Positions 48,004 to 57,338 of a DNA stretch of 64,000 nt are shown here, piece after piece. The notes under the pieces are model-generated. The model worked only from the letters and a program-made list of their open reading frames with translations. It was not told where the DNA came from and made no database searches. How positions within the stretch are numbered: the first letter of the stretch is position 1; every line of letters starts with the position of its first letter. The position numbers were made by a program, and so were the translations under genes. Source of the stretch: Escherichia phage HMD-9; the sequence record PV287714.1, one strand, 5' to 3'.

Positions 48004-48909
48004 TTAAGATTTAAGTAAATCAACAATTTTAATTAACTTTTCACGCTCAGATTTAGCTTTACTACTCAATCCAGATAGTCTGAAAATTTCATCGTCATAT
48101 TGTTGAATAGAAATATTCAGCTCTTCAATCTGCTTATTAAAATAATCAATTTGTTCAGAATGTTTTTCGTTACTACGAACTGGTACAGGTTTTGCAGGCA
48201 ATGTAGTTGAACTGGATTCATTCGGGCGATAAATTAAAATACAACTTGAACCAATAGGGCATTTTGCACCAGATGAATATTCTAATGTTCCAGCTTCTTT
48301 TAAAACTTCAAAAGCTAAACAGAGATGATGCCCCATATTAACATAATCTGTAGAGTGAGCTCTGATGTAATAATCATCGCCACGAATACTAAATTTAAAG
48401 CATTTAAGGTCTTCTGTATTATTGGTCTTAAAAATCATTTGTTTATCTAGACCTTTAGCTAATCGAGCGCCCAATGCTAATAATCGTCGTTGATTTTCCC
48501 ACAAATCCGCAATCATTTGATCGAATGATAATTTTGGCATCAGTCGACCATAAAGGTCATATCCTTTATTATAATTACGAAGAATTTCACTCGCATTAAT
48601 ACGAGACAACGCTCCAATTTTATTAAGGGCTTTCATAATGCGATTAGATAAACTCATTCCAGACCCATTTGTTCGCTGTAAATGTTTTTCTAATCCAAAT
48701 CCAATATCAACTTTAAACTTATCTAAAATTTCTGCATGAACATCTCTGTCAATAACATTCAAATCCAAAGTTGGGTTAAATCTATGAAAAAATTTATCTG
48801 GCTCTCCACGGCGAAATACAGTCCATTCATTCATCATTTTTTTATTAGCTAAAGATTTAATTACTGCATTGACATTATTAATTACTACTGACATATTTTC
48901 CTCACTCAA
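48004..48909 (-). CDS. hypothetical protein with C-terminal coiled coil; paralogue family member 4 of 4
   Basis: 301-aa track ORF; C-term KSEREKLIKIVDLLKS. Confidence 0.6.
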   Translation of the reverse strand: MSEENMSVVINNVNAVIKSLANKKMMNEWTVFRRGEPDKFFHRFNPTLDLNVIDRDVHAEILDKFKVDIGFGLEKHLQRTNGSGMSLSNRIMKALNKIGALSRINASEILRNYNKGYDLYGRLMPKLSFDQMIADLWENQRRLLALGARLAKGLDKQMIFKTNNTEDLKCFKFSIRGDDYYIRAHSTDYVNMGHHLCLAFEVLKEAGTLEYSSGAKCPIGSSCILIYRPNESSSTTLPAKPVPVRSNEKHSEQIDYFNKQIEELNISIQQYDDEIFRLSGLSSKAKSEREKLIKIVDLLKS

Positions 48910-49303
48910 TTTTACTAATTATGCGGAATATGATTGAACAGACTATATAAGTACCACACACAGATTGAACTAATACCATTCCAAAGAACCAAACAATATT
49001 ATCAAACAATGTCTGTTTTACGTCGAAAGGACGTAAACTTACAGTAATATTATCACCTTTTTCTATTGAAGAATACATCTCTGGGAAAATATATTCACTA
49101 AATCTATAACCGTCTTTGAGTTCATATACGGCAATAAACGATAAACTAGACCCTTTTCCTTGTGTTCCTGTAATGGTATTAACTACAGTAACATCATAAT
49201 CTTTATAATGCATATAATCATTAATAGCATAATAACCGTATGCAACTACTACGCATAAACAACATATCAATAAATTCAATCTTTTAATTATCAACTGTTT
49301 CAT
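48902..49303 (-). CDS. hypothetical membrane protein
   Basis: 133-aa track ORF with N- and C-terminal TM helices. Confidence 0.5.
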   Translation of the reverse strand: MKQLIIKRLNLLICCLCVVVAYGYYAINDYMHYKDYDVTVVNTITGTQGKGSSLSFIAVYELKDGYRFSEYIFPEMYSSIEKGDNITVSLRPFDVKQTLFDNIVWFFGMVLVQSVCGTYIVCSIIFRIISKIE

Positions 49304-49358
49304 AATAATCTCAATTAAAAGGGCTTAGAACCATTATACCATCCTTGATATAAAGCGA

Positions 49359-49886
49359 TTATGCGAGTACCGTCTTTAACCGTTCTTCAAACTTCCGAAG
49401 AGTATTTTGGCGTTCAGCTCTTTGCTTTTTGTAAGTTTCAATACGCTCTGAAATGAGAGTGTATCGTTCATTTACTGATTCTTTCATAAAATCAGGAATT
49501 TCACGAGAAGCTTTAATCTCATCAAATTTATCAATAACAGCTTGCTCTTCAGCAATTAAGTTATCATACATTAAAATATCTTTCTCGATGAACTCAATAT
49601 CTTCTTGAGTTACACGAGATAATTTAGATGCTTTATCCTTTTTGTACTGTTCGTTAGTATCACGAGACCAGTGTAATGTACGATTTTTATTCGTATTCTT
49701 GTAAATTTCTACAATACCAATTTCATCAATAATAACGATCCAATTCCAACGGGATTTGTAAATTTGTCCTCCATCAACAGTGATTTCACCTCCGATTGAG
49801 ATGTCGTTAAAGAACTTACTCTGTGCTTCAGATTTAAATTTACCATCGTTGTAATTTACCAAGTTGAAAATATCTTTAGCGTTCAT
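49359..49886 (-). CDS. hypothetical protein with C-terminal coiled coil
   Basis: 175-aa track ORF directly downstream of PeSL cassette. Confidence 0.55.
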   Translation of the reverse strand: MNAKDIFNLVNYNDGKFKSEAQSKFFNDISIGGEITVDGGQIYKSRWNWIVIIDEIGIVEIYKNTNKNRTLHWSRDTNEQYKKDKASKLSRVTQEDIEFIEKDILMYDNLIAEEQAVIDKFDEIKASREIPDFMKESVNERYTLISERIETYKKQRAERQNTLRKFEERLKTVLA

Positions 49887-49899
49887 TTTGTGTTCCTCC

Positions 49900-49944
49900 G
49901 TAGTTGATAGTTGTATAGTACCACAGAGGAACAGTCTTGTAAAC
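49900..49944 (-). promoter_or_regulatory. PeSL-type early promoter cassette
   Basis: gtagttgatagttgtatagtaccacagaggaacagtcttgtaaac; one mismatch over about 45 bp vs copy at 24231. Confidence 0.6.
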
Positions 49945-49946
49945 CA

Positions 49947-50261
49947 CTAAAAGAAACTTCTTTCACAATTTTTTCCACTGAACCATGCGCTTACCGCTTT
50001 CTTAGTCTTGGGAGCAGTGTTATCCATAAACCATTCAAAGGCAGCCTTTTTATGATTCTGGAGGGCTTCTCGGGCTTTAATCTGCTCACGGTCTATTAAC
50101 ACTAACATATGAGCCTTTCTTGTCACCATGGGCTTCTTATGATTTTTTGAATACTCCCAGTCATTTGTCCATCGCATTGTTGTTGCGAATTGAAATACAG
50201 CTTCTTTAATTTTAGTTTCGTAAATTTCACGAGCCTTTGAGTATAACATCACTACCTCCAT
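49947..50261 (-). CDS. hypothetical protein
   Basis: 104-aa track ORF. Confidence 0.5.
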   Translation of the reverse strand: MEVVMLYSKAREIYETKIKEAVFQFATTMRWTNDWEYSKNHKKPMVTRKAHMLVLIDREQIKAREALQNHKKAAFEWFMDNTAPKTKKAVSAWFSGKNCERSFF

Positions 50262-50350
50262 TCACCAGTTTAGTTCTAGTCATCTTTTTAATGGCAGTCC
50301 ATATAATCTATTTCTGAACTGCCTTTTTGTCATAGAAGTCCTCTTATGAA

Positions 50351-51331
50351 TTATTTCAGAAGAGTAACCTCAGCAATTTCTTCCCAACCGTTTTTGTCGG
50401 TCATAATAAAGTCAGCAAGATAAAGAGCAGTACGCAGTGAAACATTGCGTAAACGATTAACATTAACTTTCATCCATGATAATGCTTTATAAGTTTCTTC
50501 ACTAGAAAGACCGCGCTTTTGCATCATGTCAGTTGAAAGAATAACATCTTCAACCCTGACCATAATTTCTTCATTAGTGTGAACACCCAAATCCAAATAA
50601 ACTGAGCGGGACACTAATGCTTGTAAGTGTGGAGCAAGTTTAGTACCGCGGTCTAATTCGCGGTCAATGTCAACGTTTGTGATAAAAACAATCGTTCCTT
50701 TAAATTCAAACTCACGGTCAATGCCTTTTTCTTCTAAGTAAGAAGATGCAGTGCTCCAGCAGACTTTACGGGTCTCTCCAGTGTCCAGAGCAGCTTTTAG
50801 AAGATTAAGAATGTCCATATCAGAGAAAACATCCACATCATCAATCAAAAGGACAGAATTCTCTTCACGATTATTCCAAAGCTGTTCATAAAGACCAATA
50901 CCAGAGATTTTACCATTAATGCTTTTATATTCAATGTATCCAATATCATTTGCTTTATTTAAAGCTTTATCTAAAGAATACGTTTTACCAATACCTGCTG
51001 CGCCAGAGATAATTAATGAACGAATATTTCCATTAATAATACCGTTCGTCATCATTCCCATAACATTAAATCTTTTATTAATGCGGGTTTTCATATCTTC
51101 ATATGATTCTTTAACTTCTTCAACTTTTACACCATCATATGAAATATCTGATTTGTAAACCCAAACACCGCGACGTTTACCGTCAATTTCAACAAAAACT
51201 TTACCATCTCCTTGTGCATCTACCGGAGCATTATCTGGGAACCATTCGCCTAAGAGCTCAAAAGTTCCAGAGATTTCTTTACCGAAGTAGATACCCTTAT
51301 TGATAGTTACAGTTTTCATTTTATTCTCCAA
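50351..51331 (-). CDS. P-loop NTPase (AAA-like ATPase)
   Basis: 326-aa track ORF; Walker A GAAGIGKT and Walker B LLIDDVD. Confidence 0.6.
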   Translation of the reverse strand: MENKMKTVTINKGIYFGKEISGTFELLGEWFPDNAPVDAQGDGKVFVEIDGKRRGVWVYKSDISYDGVKVEEVKESYEDMKTRINKRFNVMGMMTNGIINGNIRSLIISGAAGIGKTYSLDKALNKANDIGYIEYKSINGKISGIGLYEQLWNNREENSVLLIDDVDVFSDMDILNLLKAALDTGETRKVCWSTASSYLEEKGIDREFEFKGTIVFITNVDIDRELDRGTKLAPHLQALVSRSVYLDLGVHTNEEIMVRVEDVILSTDMMQKRGLSSEETYKALSWMKVNVNRLRNVSLRTALYLADFIMTDKNGWEEIAEVTLLK

Positions 51332-51336
51332 ATCTG

Positions 51337-51386
51337 TATCAGTAGTTGATAGTTGTATAGTACCATAAAGCTTTATGCTTGTAAAC
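51337..51386 (-). promoter_or_regulatory. PeSL-type early promoter cassette
   Basis: tatcagtagttgatagttgtatagtacca...cttgtaaac; first 29 bp identical to copy at 24231. Confidence 0.6.
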
Positions 51387-51411
51387 CGTTTTGTGAAAAA
51401 ATTTTTGAAAT

Positions 51412-51439
51412 AAAAAAGGGGACCTCTAGGGCCCCCTTT
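51412..51439 (-). terminator. rho-independent terminator
   Basis: ggggacc-tcta-gggcccc hairpin flanked by A run and T run. Confidence 0.55.
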
Positions 51440-51447
51440 GTGTTGAT

Positions 51448-51933
51448 TTATTCCATTTCTACTATATGCATGTTCTTTTTGCTATCAAAATATATGTTTT
51501 TAACTATTAACTCAGAATTAATTGGCAGTAAAAACTCTCTTTCATAATCTACCATACAAAGGTTATCATAAAGCTTGTTAAGCTTATCATCGTCAATTTG
51601 ACCAGATTCTTCAATTGCGATTAAATTTTCTAAAATGTCAATCATAGCAGTCGAATAGTCGAAAACGTTTGCATTTTTTAACACTACTAAAACATTAGTC
51701 ATATAGCGTTCTGCCGCAAACGTTTCAGCTATATGAGACTCACTGCTAAAGGAAGTTATTCTTTTAAATTTGATTCTCCTATTAACTTCAAACTTATAAG
51801 ATAGCACTTCCTCTATTGTAAGTCCTCTAAAAAGTGTGTCTTTAATCTCAAGTTTGTCTTTAATGTAATCATTAACACGCTTATGATTAAAATCATTAAT
51901 TTTGTTGCCAAGGCATTGCATTAAAATATGCAT
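51448..51933 (-). CDS. hypothetical protein
   Basis: 161-aa track ORF. Confidence 0.5.
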   Translation of the reverse strand: MHILMQCLGNKINDFNHKRVNDYIKDKLEIKDTLFRGLTIEEVLSYKFEVNRRIKFKRITSFSSESHIAETFAAERYMTNVLVVLKNANVFDYSTAMIDILENLIAIEESGQIDDDKLNKLYDNLCMVDYEREFLLPINSELIVKNIYFDSKKNMHIVEME

Positions 51934-51979
51934 TGTATTCTCCTCAATTTTTAAAGAGCAATTAATTAACTACACATAT

Positions 51980-52009
51980 ATTATAATATGCTTTGCGGCA
52001 GAAGTAAAC
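51980..52009 (-). promoter_or_regulatory. T4-type early promoter
   Basis: Reverse complement GTTTACttctgccgcaaagcata TTATAAT. Confidence 0.5.
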
Positions 52010-52038
52010 AACTTTGTGACGTCATTTTAAACAAAAAA

Positions 52039-52056
52039 GGGAGCCCGAAGGCTCCC
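52039..52056 (-). terminator. rho-independent terminator (UUCG tetraloop) downstream of nucleotidyltransferase-like gene
   Basis: gggagcc-cgaa-ggctccc followed by U run on minus strand. Confidence 0.6.
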
Positions 52057-52058
52057 TA

Positions 52059-53072
52059 TCATTTATAATAACTTCGGTGGTTTTCAAGATAAACCCTCTC
52101 AAGGAAGTCATCCCAGAAACCCATGTCTACTTTTTGCTGCATACCGTTCTTAGAAGCTTCAATGGATGCTGCTTCTACTTGATCGACCACATCTTCCAAA
52201 AACTCTTGAACAGTTTTAAATGGATGTTTACCCAGCTTCACGTCGAGAATAAACGGAGCATCTTGGAGTGGATAAACCAAGTCGCCAGTTTTGTAAATTT
52301 CCAATAGTTGGAGTCCACCACGACAAGCATGACTCAGAGCTTTCCAATCAATGCCTTCGTTAGCTTCAGCTTTACGAGCGCGTTCACCATATTCAGCATC
52401 GAGTTTATTCAAAGACTGCTTAAGCTCAATAAGAGAAAGTGTAGTCTGATATTTACGACCCAACACAGTATAGAACGTTTGCGGGCCTGTTTTCTCATGA
52501 TTATGGAATACCCATTCACAGAATTCGTTTTCTGGAAGACGGTGTTTAATATCTGCAATTTTAGTACGACGTTGTCCTTGTGTTCCATCTTCTCGGTAAT
52601 CAACCCACTGATCGGGGATTTGATTAACTACTTTCAATACATCACGCAATGCGGCCAAACGAGAACCCTTAACACCATATTTAGAAGCTTGCTTGCGGAC
52701 ATATCCTAAATAAGATTTCATGTTAGTTGTATAAAAACGAGAACGATTGTCTTGAATAAACTTCCATACATCAGGCAAATCAGATTTAACTACCAGTTCA
52801 GGTGGAGTGTGGAGCATATCCAATGCTACGGTTTCACCATCTGCTGCTAATTTAAAGAAATACTTAAGACTGTATAGTTCATGGTCAATATCATCTTTAG
52901 TGTTTTTAGATGATGTGTTGTTAGTGTTTTTGCTCATATGCTCTTTAACATTTCCAATAAGAATATCACGAGCAGGAGGAACAAAGATTTCTTTAAAATC
53001 TACATCAGATTCTGGAGTAGAAGTTCCATAAAGATGACTACCAAAATAGCTTTTCATTACTGTTTTCATCAT
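52059..53072 (-). CDS. nucleotidyltransferase-fold protein (Pol-beta superfamily signature)
   Basis: 337-aa track ORF; N-terminal GSHLYGTSTPESDVDF fits GS-x(9-13)-DxD minimal nucleotidyltransferase motif. Confidence 0.6.
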   Translation of the reverse strand: MMKTVMKSYFGSHLYGTSTPESDVDFKEIFVPPARDILIGNVKEHMSKNTNNTSSKNTKDDIDHELYSLKYFFKLAADGETVALDMLHTPPELVVKSDLPDVWKFIQDNRSRFYTTNMKSYLGYVRKQASKYGVKGSRLAALRDVLKVVNQIPDQWVDYREDGTQGQRRTKIADIKHRLPENEFCEWVFHNHEKTGPQTFYTVLGRKYQTTLSLIELKQSLNKLDAEYGERARKAEANEGIDWKALSHACRGGLQLLEIYKTGDLVYPLQDAPFILDVKLGKHPFKTVQEFLEDVVDQVEAASIEASKNGMQQKVDMGFWDDFLERVYLENHRSYYK

Positions 53073-53452
53073 TCAGCCTTATATTCAATAACAGGACATA
53101 CTTTAGCTTTACGCGCTTTTAAAAATTCGACGATAATAGATTTCTTTGGTTGAATAGGAGGTAAACCTTTATACGCCCTATCAATATTTTCTACATGTAA
53201 AGCATAATCCTTTTTCCATTTATAATCTTTATATTTTTCATGCAGTTGTGCAGGAATAACAAATGAACCGATAATAAGTAAAACAAGCAAAATAGCAAGT
53301 ATAAATGCTGATGGAATAAGAGTCCATAAACTACCAAAAATAAGCCATTTCTGTATGATTTCTGCACAGATGATAGTTAGACCTGCGAGTATAGTACATC
53401 CGAAAAAAGAAACAAAAATGTAGGAATAACAATAGACCAAAAATACGCGCAC
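53069..53452 (-). CDS. hypothetical membrane protein
   Basis: 127-aa track ORF, two or three TM helices. Confidence 0.5.
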   Translation of the reverse strand: MRVFLVYCYSYIFVSFFGCTILAGLTIICAEIIQKWLIFGSLWTLIPSAFILAILLVLLIIGSFVIPAQLHEKYKDYKWKKDYALHVENIDRAYKGLPPIQPKKSIIVEFLKARKAKVCPVIEYKAE

Positions 53453-53531
53453 AGTGTCTTAGGTCGTTTCCATTCGTCGTTAAACATTTTGAATAATTTA
53501 TAATGCCAAGAGCTTTCATTAATAATCATAA

Positions 53532-54053
53532 TTATCCTTTCATTGAAGGTGTAACAGTTGTTAAATACTTAATCATAGCTTCAGCTTCTGATTTTGATAA
53601 TGAAATTTCTCCATTGTTTTGACGAATAGAAATAAAATCCGGATGACGGTCACCACCAGCTTTTAAAATACACATATAAGTATCAGTTTCATCTTCAATA
53701 TCTGAAATGATTGAAGCAGTTCCGCATGAATGTGGTTTTTGATAAATCAATGCAGCTTTTCTTCCACCGTTTGACTGTTCATAAACTTTTAACACATCAA
53801 ACAAATCACTTCTTTTATCAATAGCTAAGATGTTGTTTTCATCTTCAATGTTAAATCCTTCGGATACTTCATAAAGTGTCACCCATAAATCGCCAATATC
53901 AATGACAGCATTCACCTTTCCATGATTTTCAAGAGCATTACAAATTTTCTTAATTTCATCATAACTCATTTTAATAATATCATCTCCTTGAATAAGGAAG
54001 ATGTCATTTTTAAATTCAACACGAATTAAACCGCTTTCACTTGAAATAAACAT
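53532..54053 (-). CDS. hypothetical protein, tandem paralogue A
   Basis: 173-aa track ORF; C-terminus SKSEAEAMIKYLTTVTPSMKG parallels neighbour. Confidence 0.5.
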   Translation of the reverse strand: MFISSESGLIRVEFKNDIFLIQGDDIIKMSYDEIKKICNALENHGKVNAVIDIGDLWVTLYEVSEGFNIEDENNILAIDKRSDLFDVLKVYEQSNGGRKAALIYQKPHSCGTASIISDIEDETDTYMCILKAGGDRHPDFISIRQNNGEISLSKSEAEAMIKYLTTVTPSMKG

Positions 54054-54059
54054 ATTTCC

Positions 54060-54617
54060 TCACTTTGAAATCATAGTTGGAATGACAGAATCAAGATAAG
54101 TCTTTAGCGCAATAGCTTCGTCTTTGGTAAATGTGACAATATGTGATCGAAAATCGTCAATTTGGCGAATAATTAAGACATCTCCCTCTTCATAACATTT
54201 TGATACATTTAAAAGAGTTTCATCATTCTGATCGCAAGCATTAGTAATAATAGCATTGCAATTTTTGAGCCATTTTAAACTATGTTTTCTTTCATTAGAA
54301 TAATAAAAATATTTAATCTTAGCTATAAAACTATCCCAATGAATAACTGATAAGCACATTGACTCACTTTTAATATTAAATCCTGGGCATGAAGAATAAA
54401 AATGAATTTTGTGCTCATCATTGATGCTTACTATTTTATCAGTATAAGGATATTCAATTTGGGTTAAATGAATGATTTCACTAGGCGTAAAATACAGCAT
54501 ATCGTCTTCTTGCGTCAAACGATACATATTATTTACTTTTTCTATAGCCAATTCACCAAAAAGCGGACTAACTTCTAATACTAATCGTTTCATATTGATT
54601 CTCTTCGACTCACTCAC
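54060..54617 (-). CDS. hypothetical protein, tandem paralogue B
   Basis: 185-aa track ORF; C-terminus TKDEAIALKTYLDSVIPTMISK. Confidence 0.5.
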   Translation of the reverse strand: MSESKRINMKRLVLEVSPLFGELAIEKVNNMYRLTQEDDMLYFTPSEIIHLTQIEYPYTDKIVSINDEHKIHFYSSCPGFNIKSESMCLSVIHWDSFIAKIKYFYYSNERKHSLKWLKNCNAIITNACDQNDETLLNVSKCYEEGDVLIIRQIDDFRSHIVTFTKDEAIALKTYLDSVIPTMISK

Positions 54618-54752
54618 AATTACATACTCCTTTGAATAATATCAATAATGTTGTTCACTAGATTATAAGTAAACATTGGGTGATAATATTGAATCATCAC
54701 ATACACAACAAACAAAATTTTCATTCTCTTCTCCTTGGCAGTTGACAAGATT

Positions 54753-54782
54753 ACTATATCATAACCTTGCCAACTTGTAAAC
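54753..54782 (-). promoter_or_regulatory. T4-type early promoter
   Basis: Reverse complement GTTTACaagttggcaaggttatgaTATAGT. Confidence 0.55.
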
Positions 54783-54947
54783 CATTAAATGACGTTTTCA
54801 ATAAAATTCTGAAGCTTTGTGTGAGCATCAACCATGATTTTCATTTCTTCCTTTGCGAAAGCTGTACCTCTTTCACGAGAAGAATACTCATAGTCAGAAA
54901 CTGCATTAGCGTATTCTTCAATTAGCTTCATTAAAAACATCTGCTTT

Positions 54948-55142
54948 TCAGTTTTCACTATTCCACCTAATCATTTCAAGATATTGAACTAACTTAGCTT
55001 TGGATTTATCCAAATCCTTTTTAGCTGCTTCTATACCATCGTACGAATATCCTTCACAATGCTCAACTGCCAATTGGTATGAATCTATTTCAATATCACG
55101 TGCTAATTTAATGATTTTTTCAAACTGTTCACGTGTTAGCAT
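54948..55142 (-). CDS. hypothetical small protein
   Basis: 64-aa track ORF. Confidence 0.4.
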   Translation of the reverse strand: MLTREQFEKIIKLARDIEIDSYQLAVEHCEGYSYDGIEAAKKDLDKSKAKLVQYLEMIRWNSEN

Positions 55143-55144
55143 AC

Positions 55145-55384
55145 TTAAACTCTCGTATTATGATCGATAATTTCATCAAGAAACATATCTAAAGCTTCTA
55201 CAGCATTATCAACTTTAGCTTCAAATTCTTCAATACCTTTATTTGCAATGCCTGACGAAAACCAAGCAAAGTCACTAAGTTCCTCATCTGCTTTGCGAAT
55301 TAAAGCTACCAATTCTTTAATTTTATCTGCTTGTTCTATACTAATCATTATTCCACCACATATGAAAGAGAGAATATTGCACAC
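55145..55384 (-). CDS. hypothetical small protein
   Basis: 79-aa track ORF. Confidence 0.4.
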   Translation of the reverse strand: MCNILSFICGGIMISIEQADKIKELVALIRKADEELSDFAWFSSGIANKGIEEFEAKVDNAVEALDMFLDEIIDHNTRV

Positions 55385-55581
55385 GCCATATGAATTGCAG
55401 CTTCATCACACATATCATAACGTTTCTTAAGAAGTTCTACAAGTTCTTCACTAGTAACTTCATCCATGTCGACGAAAAAATCACCATTAATGATGACGTA
55501 GATATTTCCTTCTTGATTAAGTGCTTCAATTTTCACGATGTTCTCCTCTTTATCCGATGGTTGTATAGTATCACAGCTCAA
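55348..55581 (-). CDS. hypothetical small protein
   Basis: 77-aa track ORF. Confidence 0.4.
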   Translation of the reverse strand: MSCDTIQPSDKEENIVKIEALNQEGNIYVIINGDFFVDMDEVTSEELVELLKKRYDMCDEAAIHMACAIFSLSYVVE

Positions 55582-55595
55582 ATGGAAATGAAAAA

Positions 55596-55613
55596 AGTCT
55601 CCCGAAGGAGACT
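55596..55613 (-). terminator. rho-independent terminator (UUCG tetraloop)
   Basis: agtctcc-cgaa-ggagact followed by U run on minus strand. Confidence 0.55.
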
Positions 55614-55617
55614 AATG

Positions 55618-56004
55618 TTATTCGAGGGAAAGAAGATATTTACTTTGATAAAACATTCCAGTAATATCATCTATCGTGCTTTGAATGGCTGGAGGCATTT
55701 CTTTGTAAATGCTGTTAGATTGGTCTAGTATGCGATCAATCATTTTAATTGTGTCGGTAGGAAGTTTACTGGCATCTGGAATAGAAGGTGTGTATTTTCT
55801 ACCAGAATACCCCAAATATTGCTCACCAAATTTATCAATCAAATCTGGCAACTCAGAGAAAATAAAATCGTATGCTTTGTGTCTAGCATAACTTTTAGTT
55901 TCAAAATGCGCAGAATGAAAATAAGCTTGTGCAGCCATTAATAAACCTAAGTATTCATCTGCCTTTGAAGGTTTTCCACTTTGTGAAAAGTCGCTGAATT
56001 TCAT
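55618..56004 (-). CDS. hypothetical protein (rI.-1-like position)
   Basis: 128-aa track ORF immediately downstream of rI. Confidence 0.55.
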   Translation of the reverse strand: MKFSDFSQSGKPSKADEYLGLLMAAQAYFHSAHFETKSYARHKAYDFIFSELPDLIDKFGEQYLGYSGRKYTPSIPDASKLPTDTIKMIDRILDQSNSIYKEMPPAIQSTIDDITGMFYQSKYLLSLE

Positions 56005-56294
56005 TCAATCTCCAATTTAATGTTCATAATTCTAGCGTATGATTGTGCCATCTCCGCGCCTCGTTCTATACATTCAAAATCGGAAGAGCACGGGTCATTT
56101 TTATAGGTCGTTCGCATAAAACTATAGAACTGTTCAGATGATTCTACGCTTTTATTTTCAAAAAGCGTATAAACATGTCTAATACCAGATTCCATAAATT
56201 TATCAAAATGAGGATCGACATTCGCTTCAATCGATGGAGATAAAACAAATGACAATCCTAGCATGGCAAATAGTGCCGTTGCTTTTAAGGCCAT
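56001..56294 (-). CDS. rI: lysis inhibition regulator rI
   Basis: 97-aa track ORF; signal-anchor MALKATALFAMLGLSFVLSP; matches T4 RI. Confidence 0.85.
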   Translation of the reverse strand: MALKATALFAMLGLSFVLSPSIEANVDPHFDKFMESGIRHVYTLFENKSVESSEQFYSFMRTTYKNDPCSSDFECIERGAEMAQSYARIMNIKLEIE

Positions 56295-56306
56295 AAAGGC
56301 CTCCTA

Positions 56307-56519
56307 TCATTTTTGCCCTGTATTTACTTTATGCCGATGCACGGCCTTAACTTTATCAAGGTATTTTTCAAAATTTCGCAATCTAGTATAGTCTGCCGGA
56401 GATTGGTTGAGTGATACTTCTCGACGCAAAGCTGAAATGATATTTCCAACTTCCCTACGAATTTCATCTAATTGAAGAACAGTAAGATTGCGAAGTTGCT
56501 TTTCAGTTAATTGTAGCAT
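56307..56519 (-). CDS. hypothetical small protein
   Basis: 70-aa track ORF. Confidence 0.45.
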
Positions 56520-56561
56520 ATATACCCCTTTAGTTAGATAAACCTATTTATAACTTTTGCA

Positions 56562-57143
56562 CTAACCGAGCTTTTTAGTTAATTCATTCCAATGTTTTCT
56601 GCACAAAGAAACATAAATTTCATCACCAATACAGATTTGATTACCTTCTTTAACTGGTGTTCCATCTTCCATTAATCGAGCTGTCATAATAGCTTTTTTA
56701 CCACAATGACAAACTGCTTTTAGTTCAATAAGTTTATCTGCAATCGCCAAAAGTTCTTTAGAACCTTCAAATAATTTTCCAGCGAAATCAGTCCTTAGCC
56801 CATAAGCCATAACAGGAACATTATATGTATCAACAATTCGGCTTAATTGATGCACCTGTTCAGTTTTTAAAAACTGAGCTTCATCTACAAATACGCAATG
56901 AATATCTTTTTGTGCTTCAGCCCATTTATAGAACTCAAAAATATCCATATCATCCGTAATAATATTCGCTTCCTGTTTAATTCCAATGCGAGAAACGACT
57001 TCACAAACAGAATCGCGAGTATCAATAGCAGGTTTAAGAACTAATACACCCATTCCGCGTTCTTTATAATTATGCGCAGCAGTTAAAAGAGAAGCAGATT
57101 TTCCAGCATTCATTGCTGCATAAGTAAAAATTAAACTCGCCAT
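56562..57143 (-). CDS. tk: thymidine kinase
   Basis: 193-aa track ORF; P-loop MNAGKS and zinc ribbon CHCGKKA...C; matches T4 Tk. Confidence 0.95.
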   Translation of the reverse strand: MASLIFTYAAMNAGKSASLLTAAHNYKERGMGVLVLKPAIDTRDSVCEVVSRIGIKQEANIITDDMDIFEFYKWAEAQKDIHCVFVDEAQFLKTEQVHQLSRIVDTYNVPVMAYGLRTDFAGKLFEGSKELLAIADKLIELKAVCHCGKKAIMTARLMEDGTPVKEGNQICIGDEIYVSLCRKHWNELTKKLG

Positions 57144-57152
57144 ATCACCTTC

Positions 57153-57338
57153 TTAAAGCGTATTCACATAAGCTATTAATTCGTTTTCTTTCTTATCAAA
57201 CCGGTTAGCAAATTCTTCTTGCTGTTCGGGAGATAGCGGGCCGTATTCATCATAAAAGGTGTTTGCTTCTGTATGCTCATCTAGAAGTTCATGGATAAGC
57301 TCAAACAATTTATCTTTTTGTTCTTTACTCAGACTCAT
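57153..57338 (-). CDS. hypothetical small acidic protein
   Basis: 61-aa track ORF. Confidence 0.45.
   Translation of the reverse strand: MSLSKEQKDKLFELIHELLDEHTEANTFYDEYGPLSPEQQEEFANRFDKKENELIAYVNTL

Noticed and set aside
52308-52709. 133-aa plus-strand track ORF (and others inside 52059-53072)
   Set aside because: Antisense to the nucleotidyltransferase-like gene; no translation signals.
55550-55590. Possible additional PeSL or early promoter (ggttgtatagtatca)
   Set aside because: It shares the -10-like core with the PeSL family but has no GTTTAC-type -35 at the correct spacing; probably a degenerate remnant.
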